64,000 nucleotides of DNA from positions 25,099 to 89,098 of the forward strand of contig CAZKYC010000006.1 of the NCBI GenBank assembly GCA_964556895.1, read 5' to 3'. Positions within the stretch are counted from its first letter, which is position 1. Each line of letters starts with the position of its first letter. Under the pieces are notes generated by a model. The model made no database searches, was not told the origin of the DNA, and saw only the letters and a list, made by a program, of their open reading frames with translations. The position numbers and the translations under genes are program-made. Below, piece after piece: positions 8,987 through 18,277 of the stretch. The stretch comes from an uncultured bacterium. GTDB taxonomy: Bacteria; Hinthialibacterota; Hinthialibacteria; Hinthialibacterales; Hinthialibacteraceae.

Positions 8987-10162
8987 TCACTCAGTCCCAA
9001 CGTATAATTTCATCGCTTCGGCCAGTTCTTTATCGACAACCAACTTGCCGTCTTTCTTATTGAAAAATCCAAAGCCGCCGTCGAGTTCCCACTTTGACCA
9101 GCCGACGCCGTGGCGTTCAAGCGCGGCGATCAGATCACGGTGCCAATTGAGCAGGCTCTCACGCGGCGCATAGTTCCGGTACGCGCCAAATTCATTGCAA
9201 GTGACAGGTACATCATATTTCTTCGCCCATTGCCCCGCTTTGTCGATTTCATCGTTTATCGTCTTCGCGTTCCATTGCTTCTTGCCATAGTCGACCAAGG
9301 TGTCTTTTGATTTTTTGTTATTGACCAACGCCACCGCTTTTTTCACCAACTCTGGCGTTGACGGATATGGAACCTCGCGCATCGGCCTGACATGATCGCT
9401 GGTCCAACTGGCGCCCTGGTGAGTAAACGGGAACGGCTCATAAAAGTGAAAGTTGTATACGATGTTTTTGTCTTCGACTGGTTTGAGTTTCAAAAACGTA
9501 TGCAGATTCGCCCAATGCGCGCTGGTCGCGAGAATGGTATGCTTTGGAGCGCTCTTTCGAATGGCGGCGATCAGCCGGTTTTGAATAGGGATCCAGTCTT
9601 CGGTATGGCCGACGAAGGTCGGTTCATTCATCGGTTCCAAAAAAACATAGTCAGGGTCAAACTGGCTGAGGTGTTTGGCGAATGACGACCAAAAGTCGAC
9701 AAAGGTGTTGACAAACTCTGGGTCATGCTCAATGGGTCCAGAATAATTGCTGCTTTCGCCTTCGAGTTTAATGTGATGAAGATCAATGATGACGCCCAAC
9801 TCACGCTTGATCAAAATCTGAATGCCCTTATCCAATAGTTTCAACGACCGCTGGTTGAGCCGGCTTGGCTCACTCGCGTCATAGATGGTTTTCCATTGAA
9901 TGGGGATTCGAACATGCCTAAACCCAACCGCCAGAATCAAATCAAGATCATCACTCGACACTCTTTTACTCAATTCAGTAGCTGGCTCAGGCCCCAGCCA
10001 TAGCCAGCGAGGAATATTGATCCCTCTTGATAAGCGTTCAACCCTGGCTTCAGCGACTCCTTCACTTTGAGCCGAGTAAGCGCTCATCAAATACAAAGCG
10101 AATAGTGTGGTAATTATGAGAAGAAAGGCGAATAATTTCTGGGCTTTGCTTAATTCTTTCAT
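8987..10162 (-). CDS. Secreted glycoside hydrolase family 5 (cellulase/mannanase-type)
   Basis: Signal peptide MKELSKAQKLFAFLLIITTLFALYLMSAYSA; acid/base FLEPMNEPT and nucleophile TCNEFGAY motifs. Confidence 0.8.
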   Translation of the reverse strand: MKELSKAQKLFAFLLIITTLFALYLMSAYSAQSEGVAEARVERLSRGINIPRWLWLGPEPATELSKRVSSDDLDLILAVGFRHVRIPIQWKTIYDASEPSRLNQRSLKLLDKGIQILIKRELGVIIDLHHIKLEGESSNYSGPIEHDPEFVNTFVDFWSSFAKHLSQFDPDYVFLEPMNEPTFVGHTEDWIPIQNRLIAAIRKSAPKHTILATSAHWANLHTFLKLKPVEDKNIVYNFHFYEPFPFTHQGASWTSDHVRPMREVPYPSTPELVKKAVALVNNKKSKDTLVDYGKKQWNAKTINDEIDKAGQWAKKYDVPVTCNEFGAYRNYAPRESLLNWHRDLIAALERHGVGWSKWELDGGFGFFNKKDGKLVVDKELAEAMKLYVGTE

Positions 10163-10441
10163 GGTGAACTCTCCCTCGGCTGCGAACTTGAAACGCGACA
10201 GGTTCTTATTATTGCGCTTATGCTATTTTCGACATTACCAAATAGAACCTATGGGTTCAACCAATTTCTATCGAGTCTATAAAAAAGTTCTAGATATTAT
10301 AAAGCATTTCCTTTACAATATCAGCGTTTTTTGCGAGACCCTACAAAATTGTAGCATTTTTAGACCATTCATCCTTGGCTTTGTCTGTAGTCTCGCCTCT
10401 ATACGCATTCTTGATATTTATCGACACAAGGAGATGGAGTA

Positions 10442-10654
10442 ATGACGGCAACTGGAAGAGTCAAATGGTTTAATGAGCAAAAGGGATATGGATTCATCGA
10501 ACAGGAAGGCGGGCAGGACATCTTCGTCCATTACACTGGCATCACTGGCGACGGGTTTAAAAACCTATATGAAGGCCAGTTGGTCAAATTTGAGGTGACC
10601 GAGGGTGAAAAAGGCCCAAAGGCAGTCAATGTTATTGGGTCCGCCGCCGAGTAA
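10442..10654 (+). CDS. csp: Cold-shock domain protein (CspA family)
   Basis: 70 aa; [15 protein letters not shown] (RNP1) and DIFVHY (RNP2); GGAGATGGAG upstream. Confidence 0.95.
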   Translation: MTATGRVKWFNEQKGYGFIEQEGGQDIFVHYTGITGDGFKNLYEGQLVKFEVTEGEKGPKAVNVIGSAAE

Positions 10655-10679
10655 TTTTTCAGACAATTTCGATTCACTG

Positions 10680-10707
10680 CGCCCGCTAAGTCTATCGGGC
10701 GTTTTTT
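10680..10707 (+). terminator. Rho-independent terminator after csp
   Basis: CGCCCG (10680-10685) / CGGGCG (10696-10701) stem followed by TTTTTT. Confidence 0.8.
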
Positions 10708-10843
10708 ATGTAAATTTTTGTTTTTGCTTCAGTTAAAAAGCGTGCTTTAATACGCCTCTAATATTCACTTTCTATTGTAAGAGATAAGAAAACACCGCAA
10801 TTACAAGAATTATGTTCTTTTAGAATTCTTAGGATTTCTTGGT

Positions 10844-12163
10844 ATGAATAAGCCCAAAGGGGCTGTAACCGCCTGGTTAGAACGATCCCCCAATTTCGTT
10901 TTCGTCATTTATGCCATCACAGCGGCTTTCTGTGTCTATTTTTGTATGTACGCATACAGAAAACCCTGGTCAGCCGCCACCTTCGACGGCGCCAGCTGGG
11001 AAGCGTTTAAATACTGGGCGGGCGTTAGTCAGATTCTGGGCTATGCGCTGTCAAAATTTGTCGGCATCAAAATCTGCTCCGAAATCAGCCACGCCAAACG
11101 CGCCATCGCCATCATTGGTTTCATTTTTGTTGCTGAGTTCGCTTTATTGCTGTTCGCCGTCGTTCCAGAGAATCTCAAAATCGCCGCTATCTTTTTAAAT
11201 GGCATCCCCCTTGGGATGATCTGGGGGTTAGTGGTCAGTTTTCTCGAAGGCCGACGCACATCTGAAATTCTGCTCGCCGGATTGAGTTGTTCATTTATTG
11301 TCTCAAGCGGCATGGTCAAAGACTTTGGCCGCTGGCTGATAATGTCTTGGGACGTCACCGATTACTGGATGCCCTTTGTCACGGGCTTGTGCTTCTTGGC
11401 CCCGCTGATTTTCTTCGTCTGGATGTTAAGCCAGCTGCCCGAACCAAACTACAATGATGAGGATGAACGCACCCGCCGCGAGCCGATGAACGCCCAACAA
11501 CGCATTGAGTTCTTCAAATCATTCCTGCCCGGCATGATCATGCTGTTGGTTGCATATTTCTTCCTGACGGCCTACCGCGACTACCGTGACACCTTCGGTA
11601 TCGAAGTATTCGTCACAATGGGCTATGAGAACGAATCGGGCCTTTTCACACGCGCCGATCTTCCCGTCGCGTTTGGCGTATTGGTCTGCTTAGGCGCTTT
11701 GAACGCAATCAAAAATAACAAATGGGGCCTCATCGGCGCTTACGCCATCATGGCGGGCGGTACGACATTATTAGGCGTCGGCACCCTGCTTTATGACTTT
11801 GGCATGATTACAGGACTCACCTGGATGACGCTGACTGGGCTTGGTTCATACTTGGCCTACGTCCCGTATGGTTCCGTATTGTTCGACCGTACCATTGCCC
11901 ACACTCGCGTGGTGGGCACATCTGTTTTTGCCATCTATGTCGCTGACGCCTGCGGCTACACCGGGTCAATCGCCACCATGATCGCCGACTACTATATATT
12001 CCATGAAATCAAACATTTCGAGTTTTTCCACGCCTTCACCTACTTTATGTGTTTCTTAGGGACAATCTTGTTGATCGTAAGTTGTATCTACTTCATCAAA
12101 CGCAGCGAAACCATCCGCCAATCAAACCTAAGCACGTCGAGCCCGGCTCCAACAGAAGCGTAA
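10844..12163 (+). CDS. Polytopic membrane protein, MFS-like (resembles DUF5690 family)
   Basis: 439 aa, about 12 hydrophobic helices; N-terminal FCVYFCMYAYRKPWSAATF pattern recalled from DUF5690 proteins (recollection only). Confidence 0.55.
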   Translation: MNKPKGAVTAWLERSPNFVFVIYAITAAFCVYFCMYAYRKPWSAATFDGASWEAFKYWAGVSQILGYALSKFVGIKICSEISHAKRAIAIIGFIFVAEFALLLFAVVPENLKIAAIFLNGIPLGMIWGLVVSFLEGRRTSEILLAGLSCSFIVSSGMVKDFGRWLIMSWDVTDYWMPFVTGLCFLAPLIFFVWMLSQLPEPNYNDEDERTRREPMNAQQRIEFFKSFLPGMIMLLVAYFFLTAYRDYRDTFGIEVFVTMGYENESGLFTRADLPVAFGVLVCLGALNAIKNNKWGLIGAYAIMAGGTTLLGVGTLLYDFGMITGLTWMTLTGLGSYLAYVPYGSVLFDRTIAHTRVVGTSVFAIYVADACGYTGSIATMIADYYIFHEIKHFEFFHAFTYFMCFLGTILLIVSCIYFIKRSETIRQSNLSTSSPAPTEA

Positions 12164-12303
12164 ACTAATGTTACTCTATGTGAAATCTCTGCAAATTATT
12201 TAATACTATTTTCATCAATTCGTTTAACTCCCCCCCCTTCTAACCGATAACTATGGTGTAGTTATTTTATTCTTAGAGGGCGACGAAACAGGGAGGTTTC
12301 ACC

Positions 12304-12759
12304 ATGATGAATCCATTGATTAGCCGATGGACAATTGCAGACGTTTATGAACACACAGGAATTAACTGTTATAATCTTGGCGACTTAGAAGATGCAAAGA
12401 TTATGCTTCTTTCCGCAGTGGAGCATGGCGAATCAGAAGACGACGACGCAGAATTTATGGTTAGCAAGTTTCACAACCTGGCGGTCGTTTACTTCGAACT
12501 CAATGAATACAAGAAGTCTGATCTCTTCTTTCACAAAGCACTAAAGTGTTTTGTCGAAAATCCAAGCATGGATGCTGAAAAGTTGACTCTGCTGCTCAAC
12601 AACTATTCATTGTTGATGGAGCAACGAAATGAGTCGGTTCTTTCTGAAGCGTTCAGCATCTGCGCCGAGTTTGTCAGCGACCACTGGTTTGAGGCAAAAA
12701 AGAAAATCGATTTTTCTCTCGAAGATCAAAACGTTGCAGCGCTCATGAATGTAGCCTAA
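12304..12759 (+). CDS. Hypothetical protein with TPR-like helical repeats
   Basis: 151 aa; GGGAGG SD 7 nt upstream; NLAVVYFELNEYKKSDLFFHKALKCF repeat-like segment; AT-rich gene. Confidence 0.55.
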   Translation: MMNPLISRWTIADVYEHTGINCYNLGDLEDAKIMLLSAVEHGESEDDDAEFMVSKFHNLAVVYFELNEYKKSDLFFHKALKCFVENPSMDAEKLTLLLNNYSLLMEQRNESVLSEAFSICAEFVSDHWFEAKKKIDFSLEDQNVAALMNVA

Positions 12760-12785
12760 CGAATTCCACGAACCGTTATGAAAAA

Positions 12786-12814
12786 GGCGTACTGGATTCA
12801 GTACGCCTTTTTTT
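12786..12814. terminator. Bidirectional rho-independent terminator
   Basis: GGCGTACTG / CAGTACGCC 9-bp stem, GATT loop, flanked by AAAAA (5') and TTTTTTT (3'); sits between convergent gene ends at 12759 and 12827. Confidence 0.85.
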
Positions 12815-12826
12815 GTTCCGTTTTGA

Positions 12827-13150
12827 TTACTGTATGGCGGGCGGTCGAGGGATGTTCACTACCCGCTCAGGCGCAAAACTTTTTTCTTCGGCCAACGGGT
12901 CAAATAAGAGGCATTTACAGCGTGTCCCGATTAGATTGGGCACAAACTCTTTTGCCGCCACTTCGACAATATCGTATTCCGCCCGAAAGAAGGTTTGCTC
13001 AAGCCATGAGTACGCGCGCGCCTTGCTCGACCAGACAGGCACAGCGATATCACCGCCCGGCAAATCAAAATAGAGCGGACTTACTTGGGCGGACGGAGAG
13101 TCGTTTTTACCAATAATAAAAACGGCTGGCGGCAGCTGGTCGATTTCCAT
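12827..13150 (-). CDS. Hypothetical 107-aa protein, last gene of the metal-transport operon
   Basis: Starts 30 nt after the permease stop on the same strand and ends just before the terminator; no family recognised. Confidence 0.5.
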   Translation of the reverse strand: MEIDQLPPAVFIIGKNDSPSAQVSPLYFDLPGGDIAVPVWSSKARAYSWLEQTFFRAEYDIVEVAAKEFVPNLIGTRCKCLLFDPLAEEKSFAPERVVNIPRPPAIQ

Positions 13151-13180
13151 AATTGAATCGTCATTCTACCACCAAATTGA

Positions 13181-14452
13181 TCAGCGCGGGATTGTCTTGC
13201 CATGTGGGTCGACTTCTGGGTGTTCCATCTCACGGTCTAACTTTTCAGTTAAGTCTGGGGTGATATGGTGTTCGACGCGGTCAGCCGGATCGTGTGTATG
13301 GTCAGCGGCGTAGCCAATGCCTTCGAGGTATGATTCATACAAACGGTGGCGTTTGATGAGTTCGATGGCGTCGTTATTGCCTGACTTGGTCAGTTCAAAT
13401 TTCAAATTGCCTTCTTCTAATAATCCTTTTCGCACCAACCGCCGGGCGGTCTTCTCCGCATCGGGCAACAGCCATTGCTGGGCCTCGCTGATATCCATCA
13501 CGCTGAATGGAAGAGCAAAGCCCGCTTCAACCTGGCGCCCCGCCCAAAGCAATACGTCTTCTTCAGCGACCCGGTTTGACAGGTTTCGTCTCGACAACCA
13601 GCGGGTAAACACGCCGTGTGTTGGAGAGAAAACCAATGCCACAGCAAACAACAGCCCTGACACAGCGCCCATTGCTCCGGCGATCGAACTATCAAGCCAA
13701 ATCGCTGAGAAGAAACCCAGGATCGAAGTCAGCGAACCCGCCAGAACCGAATAGAGCAACATCAACGACAAGCGGTCAGTCAATAAATAGGCTGTCGCGG
13801 CAGGCGCGATCAACATCGCCACGACAAGTATGACGCCGACGCTTTCAAACGCGCCCACCGTGGTGACCGCAACCAACGTCATCAACAGATAGTGCATCAC
13901 TGTGACGGGAATCCCCACCGCCGCCGCCATCGCCGGGTCAAACGCGCACAATTTGAATTCTTTGTAAAACAAACTCACGACGACACTATTGAGCAACAAC
14001 AAACCGCCGTTGACCCATAACGCTCTGGGGCCGAGATAGAACTCACCCAGCACAAATGAATCAAGCGGAGTCAGCGCAATCTCGCCCTCTAATACGCAAT
14101 CGGTATCCAAGTGGACGCCTTCGCCAAACAGAGAAACGCCAATCACGCCAAGGGCGAACAGCGCGGTGAACGTGACGCCAAGCGCCGCGTCATGTTGAAC
14201 GCCGCCGCTATTGAGGGTTTGAATAATGAATGTCGTTAAAATTCCAATCAGGGCCGCTCCAAGAAACATCCAGAAGATCGACATTGAGTTGCTCAACAAA
14301 AATGCGATGACGATTCCCGGAAGAACCGCGTGGCTGATGGCGTCACCCAACATCGCCATACGGCGCAGCACCAAAAAGCAGCCCAGCATCCCACAGGCGG
14401 ACGCAGCGAAGGCCCCGGTTAAGATGATCCAAAATCCACTTAAGAAATCCAT
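13181..14452 (-). CDS. Metal ABC transporter permease (ABC-3/TroD-like) fused to a C-terminal DtxR/MntR-like domain
   Basis: About 285 aa of permease helices, then a cytoplasmic tail with a winged helix-turn-helix (wHTH)-like segment (AEKTARRLVRKGLLEEGNLKFELTKSG), KRHRLYESYL and His/Asp/Glu-rich HDPADRVEHHI..DPHGKTIP. Confidence 0.85.
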   Translation of the reverse strand: MDFLSGFWIILTGAFAASACGMLGCFLVLRRMAMLGDAISHAVLPGIVIAFLLSNSMSIFWMFLGAALIGILTTFIIQTLNSGGVQHDAALGVTFTALFALGVIGVSLFGEGVHLDTDCVLEGEIALTPLDSFVLGEFYLGPRALWVNGGLLLLNSVVVSLFYKEFKLCAFDPAMAAAVGIPVTVMHYLLMTLVAVTTVGAFESVGVILVVAMLIAPAATAYLLTDRLSLMLLYSVLAGSLTSILGFFSAIWLDSSIAGAMGAVSGLLFAVALVFSPTHGVFTRWLSRRNLSNRVAEEDVLLWAGRQVEAGFALPFSVMDISEAQQWLLPDAEKTARRLVRKGLLEEGNLKFELTKSGNNDAIELIKRHRLYESYLEGIGYAADHTHDPADRVEHHITPDLTEKLDREMEHPEVDPHGKTIPR

Positions 14453-14467
14453 TGCGTGTTTCCTCTG

Positions 14468-15751
14468 TTAGGCAGTTGCGATCGGGTGCGCAGTAGGTGG
14501 TCGTTCCAGGTTAAGCCCATGGGTGTTTAATAGACGCTCGAGTTGTTTGACCGTCTCAGGCGCCAAGAAGTGTTCGATCAAATCGGCGTCGCGGTCGACA
14601 TGGTCAGATTCAAATTCTTCTTCGTGCATCAGATACATTTCCCATAAACGGTGGTTGCGGGTCACTTGATAGGCCTGTTCCATGCCGCTTTGCGTCAAAC
14701 GAAATGAGCCGTTTTGTTCTTCGACACATTGTTCGTTCATTAATCTGTGCAGGTTTCTCAGCGCTTGGGCTGGCGTTTGCGACCGCAGTGCGGCGATATC
14801 GTTTAAAGGCGCCCATCCGTCCCAGGAACCGTGTCGTTCAGACCATTCATACAACGAGCGAAGTGCATTCTCTCGAGCGACGCGGCGGCGAAGTTTCCAA
14901 ACCCGAATGCCTTTGGCGACCAATCCACGCGCTGGAGCGAAAAGCAGCGATAGCACAAACATCAACGTCGCCGACAATACGATCCACGGGCCGGTTGGCA
15001 TTCGCGGGGCCAGCGCGCTCAAATACACGCCCAGCGCTCCTGACATGCCGCCGAACAGGGCGGATAGCAAGGTCATACGGTGAAGGCGGTCCGTCCAATA
15101 GCGGGCGGCGGCGGCTGGAGTAATCAACATCGCAACCATTAATACAACGCCGACCGCTTGAAGCCCAATGACGACAATCAGAACGATCAAGATGTTGAGC
15201 ATCGCGTCAAGCCAGGCGGATGAAAACCCTAGACTGTCGGCGAACCCTGTGTCAAAGCAAAGCAGTTTCATTTCTTTATAAAGCAACAACGAGAATACAA
15301 TGACAGCGAAGGCGCAAAACGCCATGATATACACATCGCGTCCGACCATCGCCGCCGCCTGCCCAAAAATAAAGGTCTTCAGGCCTGCTTTGTTGCCGCC
15401 GCTGGAATTCAATATGAATGTCAACAACACAATGCCAATCGCGAAGAAAACCGAGAGAACCAGCCCTAAGGCCGCGTCTTCTTTAATGCGCGAATGGCGC
15501 GTAATGAATTGAATGCAAAATGCGCCCAACATGCCGGCGGCGAGCGCGCCCAACATAAAGGCCGGGATTGAACGTTCGCCAACGATCATGTACGCGACGC
15601 ACACGCCGGGAAGCGCCGCATGGGCCAAGGCGTCGCCTAACAGGCTGCGCTTTCTCAGCATGGCGAAACTGCTGAGGATGCCGCTGCACATACCAAGCAG
15701 GACGCACCCAGCCAACACCCATTGAGCATTAATGTCAGTCAAAAAGTTCAT
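14468..15751 (-). CDS. Metal ABC transporter permease (ABC-3/TroC-like) fused to a C-terminal DtxR/MntR-like domain
   Basis: Permease core followed by ..[70 protein letters not shown]..; 4-nt overlap with the upstream ATPase gene. Confidence 0.85.
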   Translation of the reverse strand: MNFLTDINAQWVLAGCVLLGMCSGILSSFAMLRKRSLLGDALAHAALPGVCVAYMIVGERSIPAFMLGALAAGMLGAFCIQFITRHSRIKEDAALGLVLSVFFAIGIVLLTFILNSSGGNKAGLKTFIFGQAAAMVGRDVYIMAFCAFAVIVFSLLLYKEMKLLCFDTGFADSLGFSSAWLDAMLNILIVLIVVIGLQAVGVVLMVAMLITPAAAARYWTDRLHRMTLLSALFGGMSGALGVYLSALAPRMPTGPWIVLSATLMFVLSLLFAPARGLVAKGIRVWKLRRRVARENALRSLYEWSERHGSWDGWAPLNDIAALRSQTPAQALRNLHRLMNEQCVEEQNGSFRLTQSGMEQAYQVTRNHRLWEMYLMHEEEFESDHVDRDADLIEHFLAPETVKQLERLLNTHGLNLERPPTAHPIATA

Positions 15752-16593
15752 TGTTGTGGATCAGCCCCGTGTGGTTGGTTAATCGAAACCGCGTCGGCCA
15801 GCTCTGAAATGATGTTGAGGCGCCCGCCGTAGGTCTTACGAAGGTTGTCTTCGTTAAACACCTCTTCAGTCGGGCCAATGGTGATCAGCCGCATGTTGAT
15901 CATTAACACCCAATCAAAATAGTCGCTGACTGTCTGTAAGTCGTGGTGAACCACAAACACGGTCTTGCCCTGGGATTTCAGCGTCTTCAAAATTTTGATA
16001 ATGGCTTTTTCTGTCGCGACGTCGACGCCTGCGAAGGGTTCATCCATAAAATAAACAGTGGAGTTTTGTGCGAGCGCGCGGGCGAGAAACACGCGTTGTT
16101 GTTGGCCACCCGAAAGCTGGCTGATTTGGCGGTTGGCGAAATCAGCCATCCCGACTTGTTTCAAACAGCCCATTGCATACTCTCTGTCACGCCGAGCTGG
16201 ACGGCGAAACCACCCCAAGCGACCATAAACGCCCATTAAGACAACGTCTAACACATCAGTGGGAAAATCCCAGTCGACTGATTCGCGCTGAGGAACATAC
16301 CCAATTTTTTGGCGTTGTTTAGAGATTGGTTCGCCATAACATTTCACCCAGCCGGACGCGGGAGGCACAAGCCCCATCGCTGACTTCAATAACGTCGACT
16401 TGCCCGCCCCGTTGGGGCCGACGATTCCGACTAACACCCCTTCAGGAACAACAAAATCAATGTCCCACAACACGGGTTTGCGGTGATAGGCGACCGTCAG
16501 GTCATGGACCTCAAGCGGCGGCGGATCAGGTACCGCATAAGACGGTGATGGCTTGATATCGTTTGTAGATTCAGCGGTAATAGTCATCAACAA
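15748..16593 (-). CDS. Metal ABC transporter ATP-binding protein (TroB/MntB/ZnuC-like)
   Basis: Walker [10 protein letters not shown], signature LSGGQQQRV, Walker B VYFMDEPF. Confidence 0.9.
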   Translation of the reverse strand: MLMTITAESTNDIKPSPSYAVPDPPPLEVHDLTVAYHRKPVLWDIDFVVPEGVLVGIVGPNGAGKSTLLKSAMGLVPPASGWVKCYGEPISKQRQKIGYVPQRESVDWDFPTDVLDVVLMGVYGRLGWFRRPARRDREYAMGCLKQVGMADFANRQISQLSGGQQQRVFLARALAQNSTVYFMDEPFAGVDVATEKAIIKILKTLKSQGKTVFVVHHDLQTVSDYFDWVLMINMRLITIGPTEEVFNEDNLRKTYGGRLNIISELADAVSINQPHGADPQQ

Positions 16594-16602
16594 GTCTCCA
16601 AC

Positions 16603-17532
16603 TTACTGTAAGGCGTTCACAATTGTGTTCACATTGTGGCGGATCATTCCGATATAGGTTCCTTCTTCCGTCCCGGCGGCGCCCATCGCGTCAGAAAACA
16701 ACTCCCCGCCGATAACAACCTCATGTCCTTTGCCTTTGCAGCCTTCAACCAATGCTTCAATTGACCGGGCCGGGACGCTGGTTTCGACAAACACTGCTTT
16801 TACGTTGCGTTCAACAATAATTTCGATCAATCGCTGAAGGTCTTGCAGTCCAAATTCGCTGACGGTGCTGATGCCTTGCAGGCCCATCACTTCGATGTCA
16901 TAGGCGCGGCCAAAATAGCCAAACGCATCATGGGCGGTGATCAACACGCGTTGTTGTTGAGGGATACTGGCGATTTGTTCTTTGACCCAAACATCGAGTT
17001 CAGCCAGCTGGTTTTGATAGGCTTCGCCATTGTCGCGGTATTCCTGTTCGCCTTCAGGATCGACTTTGACCAGCGCTTCGACCACGGCGGCGACCGCCTG
17101 AGACCACAGACTGACGTCCATCCAAATGTGGGGGTCATAATGGCCTTCATAGTCTGGGTGTGAAAGCAGTAACGATAGTCCAATAGCATCGCCAAACGCA
17201 ACGACAGGTTTGGGGCCGCTTTGCATTTTCTCAAAGATTTCAATCATACGCCCTTCAAGAATCAGCCCATTGTAGAATATCACGTTCGCGCGAGACAATA
17301 GGCCTAAATCGGCAGGCGAAGCTTTGTATAAGTGGGGGTCGACTCCCTCCCCCATCATGTTAATCACTTCGATGCGTTCTCCAGCGACATTGTGGACAAC
17401 ATCGGCGATTTGGGCGATCGTACAAACCGCCCTCAGGTTGCCGTCGTCTATCGGGCCGCCGCAAGAACTGACAATGAACACAATAACTATGAGTGCTATT
17501 TTTTGAATCACAATGGATATCCTCTCCTTCAT
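16603..17532 (-). CDS. Metal ABC transporter substrate-binding lipoprotein (cluster A-I, TroA/MntC/ZnuA-like)
   Basis: MKERISIVIQKIALIVIVFIVSSCGG lipobox; ATG at 17532 overlaps the regulator stop (ATGA); HLYKASP / DPHIWMD metal-site motifs. Confidence 0.85.
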   Translation of the reverse strand: MKERISIVIQKIALIVIVFIVSSCGGPIDDGNLRAVCTIAQIADVVHNVAGERIEVINMMGEGVDPHLYKASPADLGLLSRANVIFYNGLILEGRMIEIFEKMQSGPKPVVAFGDAIGLSLLLSHPDYEGHYDPHIWMDVSLWSQAVAAVVEALVKVDPEGEQEYRDNGEAYQNQLAELDVWVKEQIASIPQQQRVLITAHDAFGYFGRAYDIEVMGLQGISTVSEFGLQDLQRLIEIIVERNVKAVFVETSVPARSIEALVEGCKGKGHEVVIGGELFSDAMGAAGTEEGTYIGMIRHNVNTIVNALQ

Positions 17533-18188
17533 TTTTTCTTCGATTGGACAAACACATTTGACGCGAGGTCGCGTCCGATGGCGCACTCGGCGCCATTGAT
17601 TTTTAGATGGATGGAACCGCCGTACGGCTCTTCTTTCATCATCTGGACTTTAGCGCCCGGCACCAGGCCGACTACATCCATATATTGCAACATGCTTGCG
17701 TCAGAATCATCGACGCGCTGCACCTGGCTAGCCTCGCCGGGTTGCATCGCCATGATTGGTAGAATGGATTGGTCGGGCAACGCGCCATCTTTTGATGGGA
17801 TCGGGTCGCCATGGGGGTCGTGAGTGGGATGCCCCAAAAACTCATCAATTTTCTCTTCGAAAACTTCTGAAATGACATGCTCAAGACGCTCGGCTTCGTC
17901 GTGAACCTGGTCCCAGCTGTAGCCAAGCGCTTTTTGAAGATAGAGCTCAATCAGGCGATGATGGCGAAGAATTTCTAGCGCAATCTTCTCTCCACTTTTG
18001 GTCAACGCCAGACCTGTCGCTCGCGAGTAATTCACCAGTTTTAACGACCGGAGCCGCTTGACCATCTTGGTTACAGCCGCTGGCGACACCGAAAAATTCT
18101 CCGCAAGCATCGAAGGGGTAACGGTGTCGCCATCCCGCCCCATTGAATAGATGGTTTTTAAATAGTCTTCGCCGTTAGAACCTAACAT
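17529..18188 (-). CDS. mntR: DtxR/MntR family metal-dependent transcriptional regulator with C-terminal FeoA/SH3-like domain
   Basis: MLGSNGEDYLKTIYSM.. typical DtxR N-terminus, RHHRLIELYL, HEAERLEH; start moved to M13 (18188, AGGTGG SD) because the ORF-track start lies inside a promoter -10. Confidence 0.85.
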   Translation of the reverse strand: MLGSNGEDYLKTIYSMGRDGDTVTPSMLAENFSVSPAAVTKMVKRLRSLKLVNYSRATGLALTKSGEKIALEILRHHRLIELYLQKALGYSWDQVHDEAERLEHVISEVFEEKIDEFLGHPTHDPHGDPIPSKDGALPDQSILPIMAMQPGEASQVQRVDDSDASMLQYMDVVGLVPGAKVQMMKEEPYGGSIHLKINGAECAIGRDLASNVFVQSKKK

Positions 18189-18214
18189 AACACCACCTGG
18201 GTTAACTAGAGTAT

Positions 18215-18248
18215 AATTTAACATTAACCAAAGTTAAATTTATGTCAA
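18215..18248 (-). promoter_or_regulatory. Sigma-70 promoter with overlapping palindromic operator (probable MntR box)
   Basis: Minus strand TTGACA (18248-18243), 16-nt spacer, TAATGT (18226-18221); inverted repeat AATTTAAC (18215-18222) / GTTAAATT (18233-18240) with inner TTAAC-N4-GTTAA spans the spacer and -10. Confidence 0.55.
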
Positions 18249-18277
18249 GACAAGTGGAGAAATAATCATTCTGGTAC

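Noticed and set aside
12778-13116. 112-aa plus-strand ORF
   Set aside because: Its first codons are the terminator hairpin at 12786-12814. It overlaps the minus-strand ORF that continues the metal operon, and its translation is Arg/Gln-rich and implausible.
18189-18224. 12-codon N-terminal extension of mntR (MLNYTLVNPGGV)
   Set aside because: The extension coincides with the -10 box and operator palindrome. The internal ATG has a good SD and gives the canonical DtxR N-terminus.
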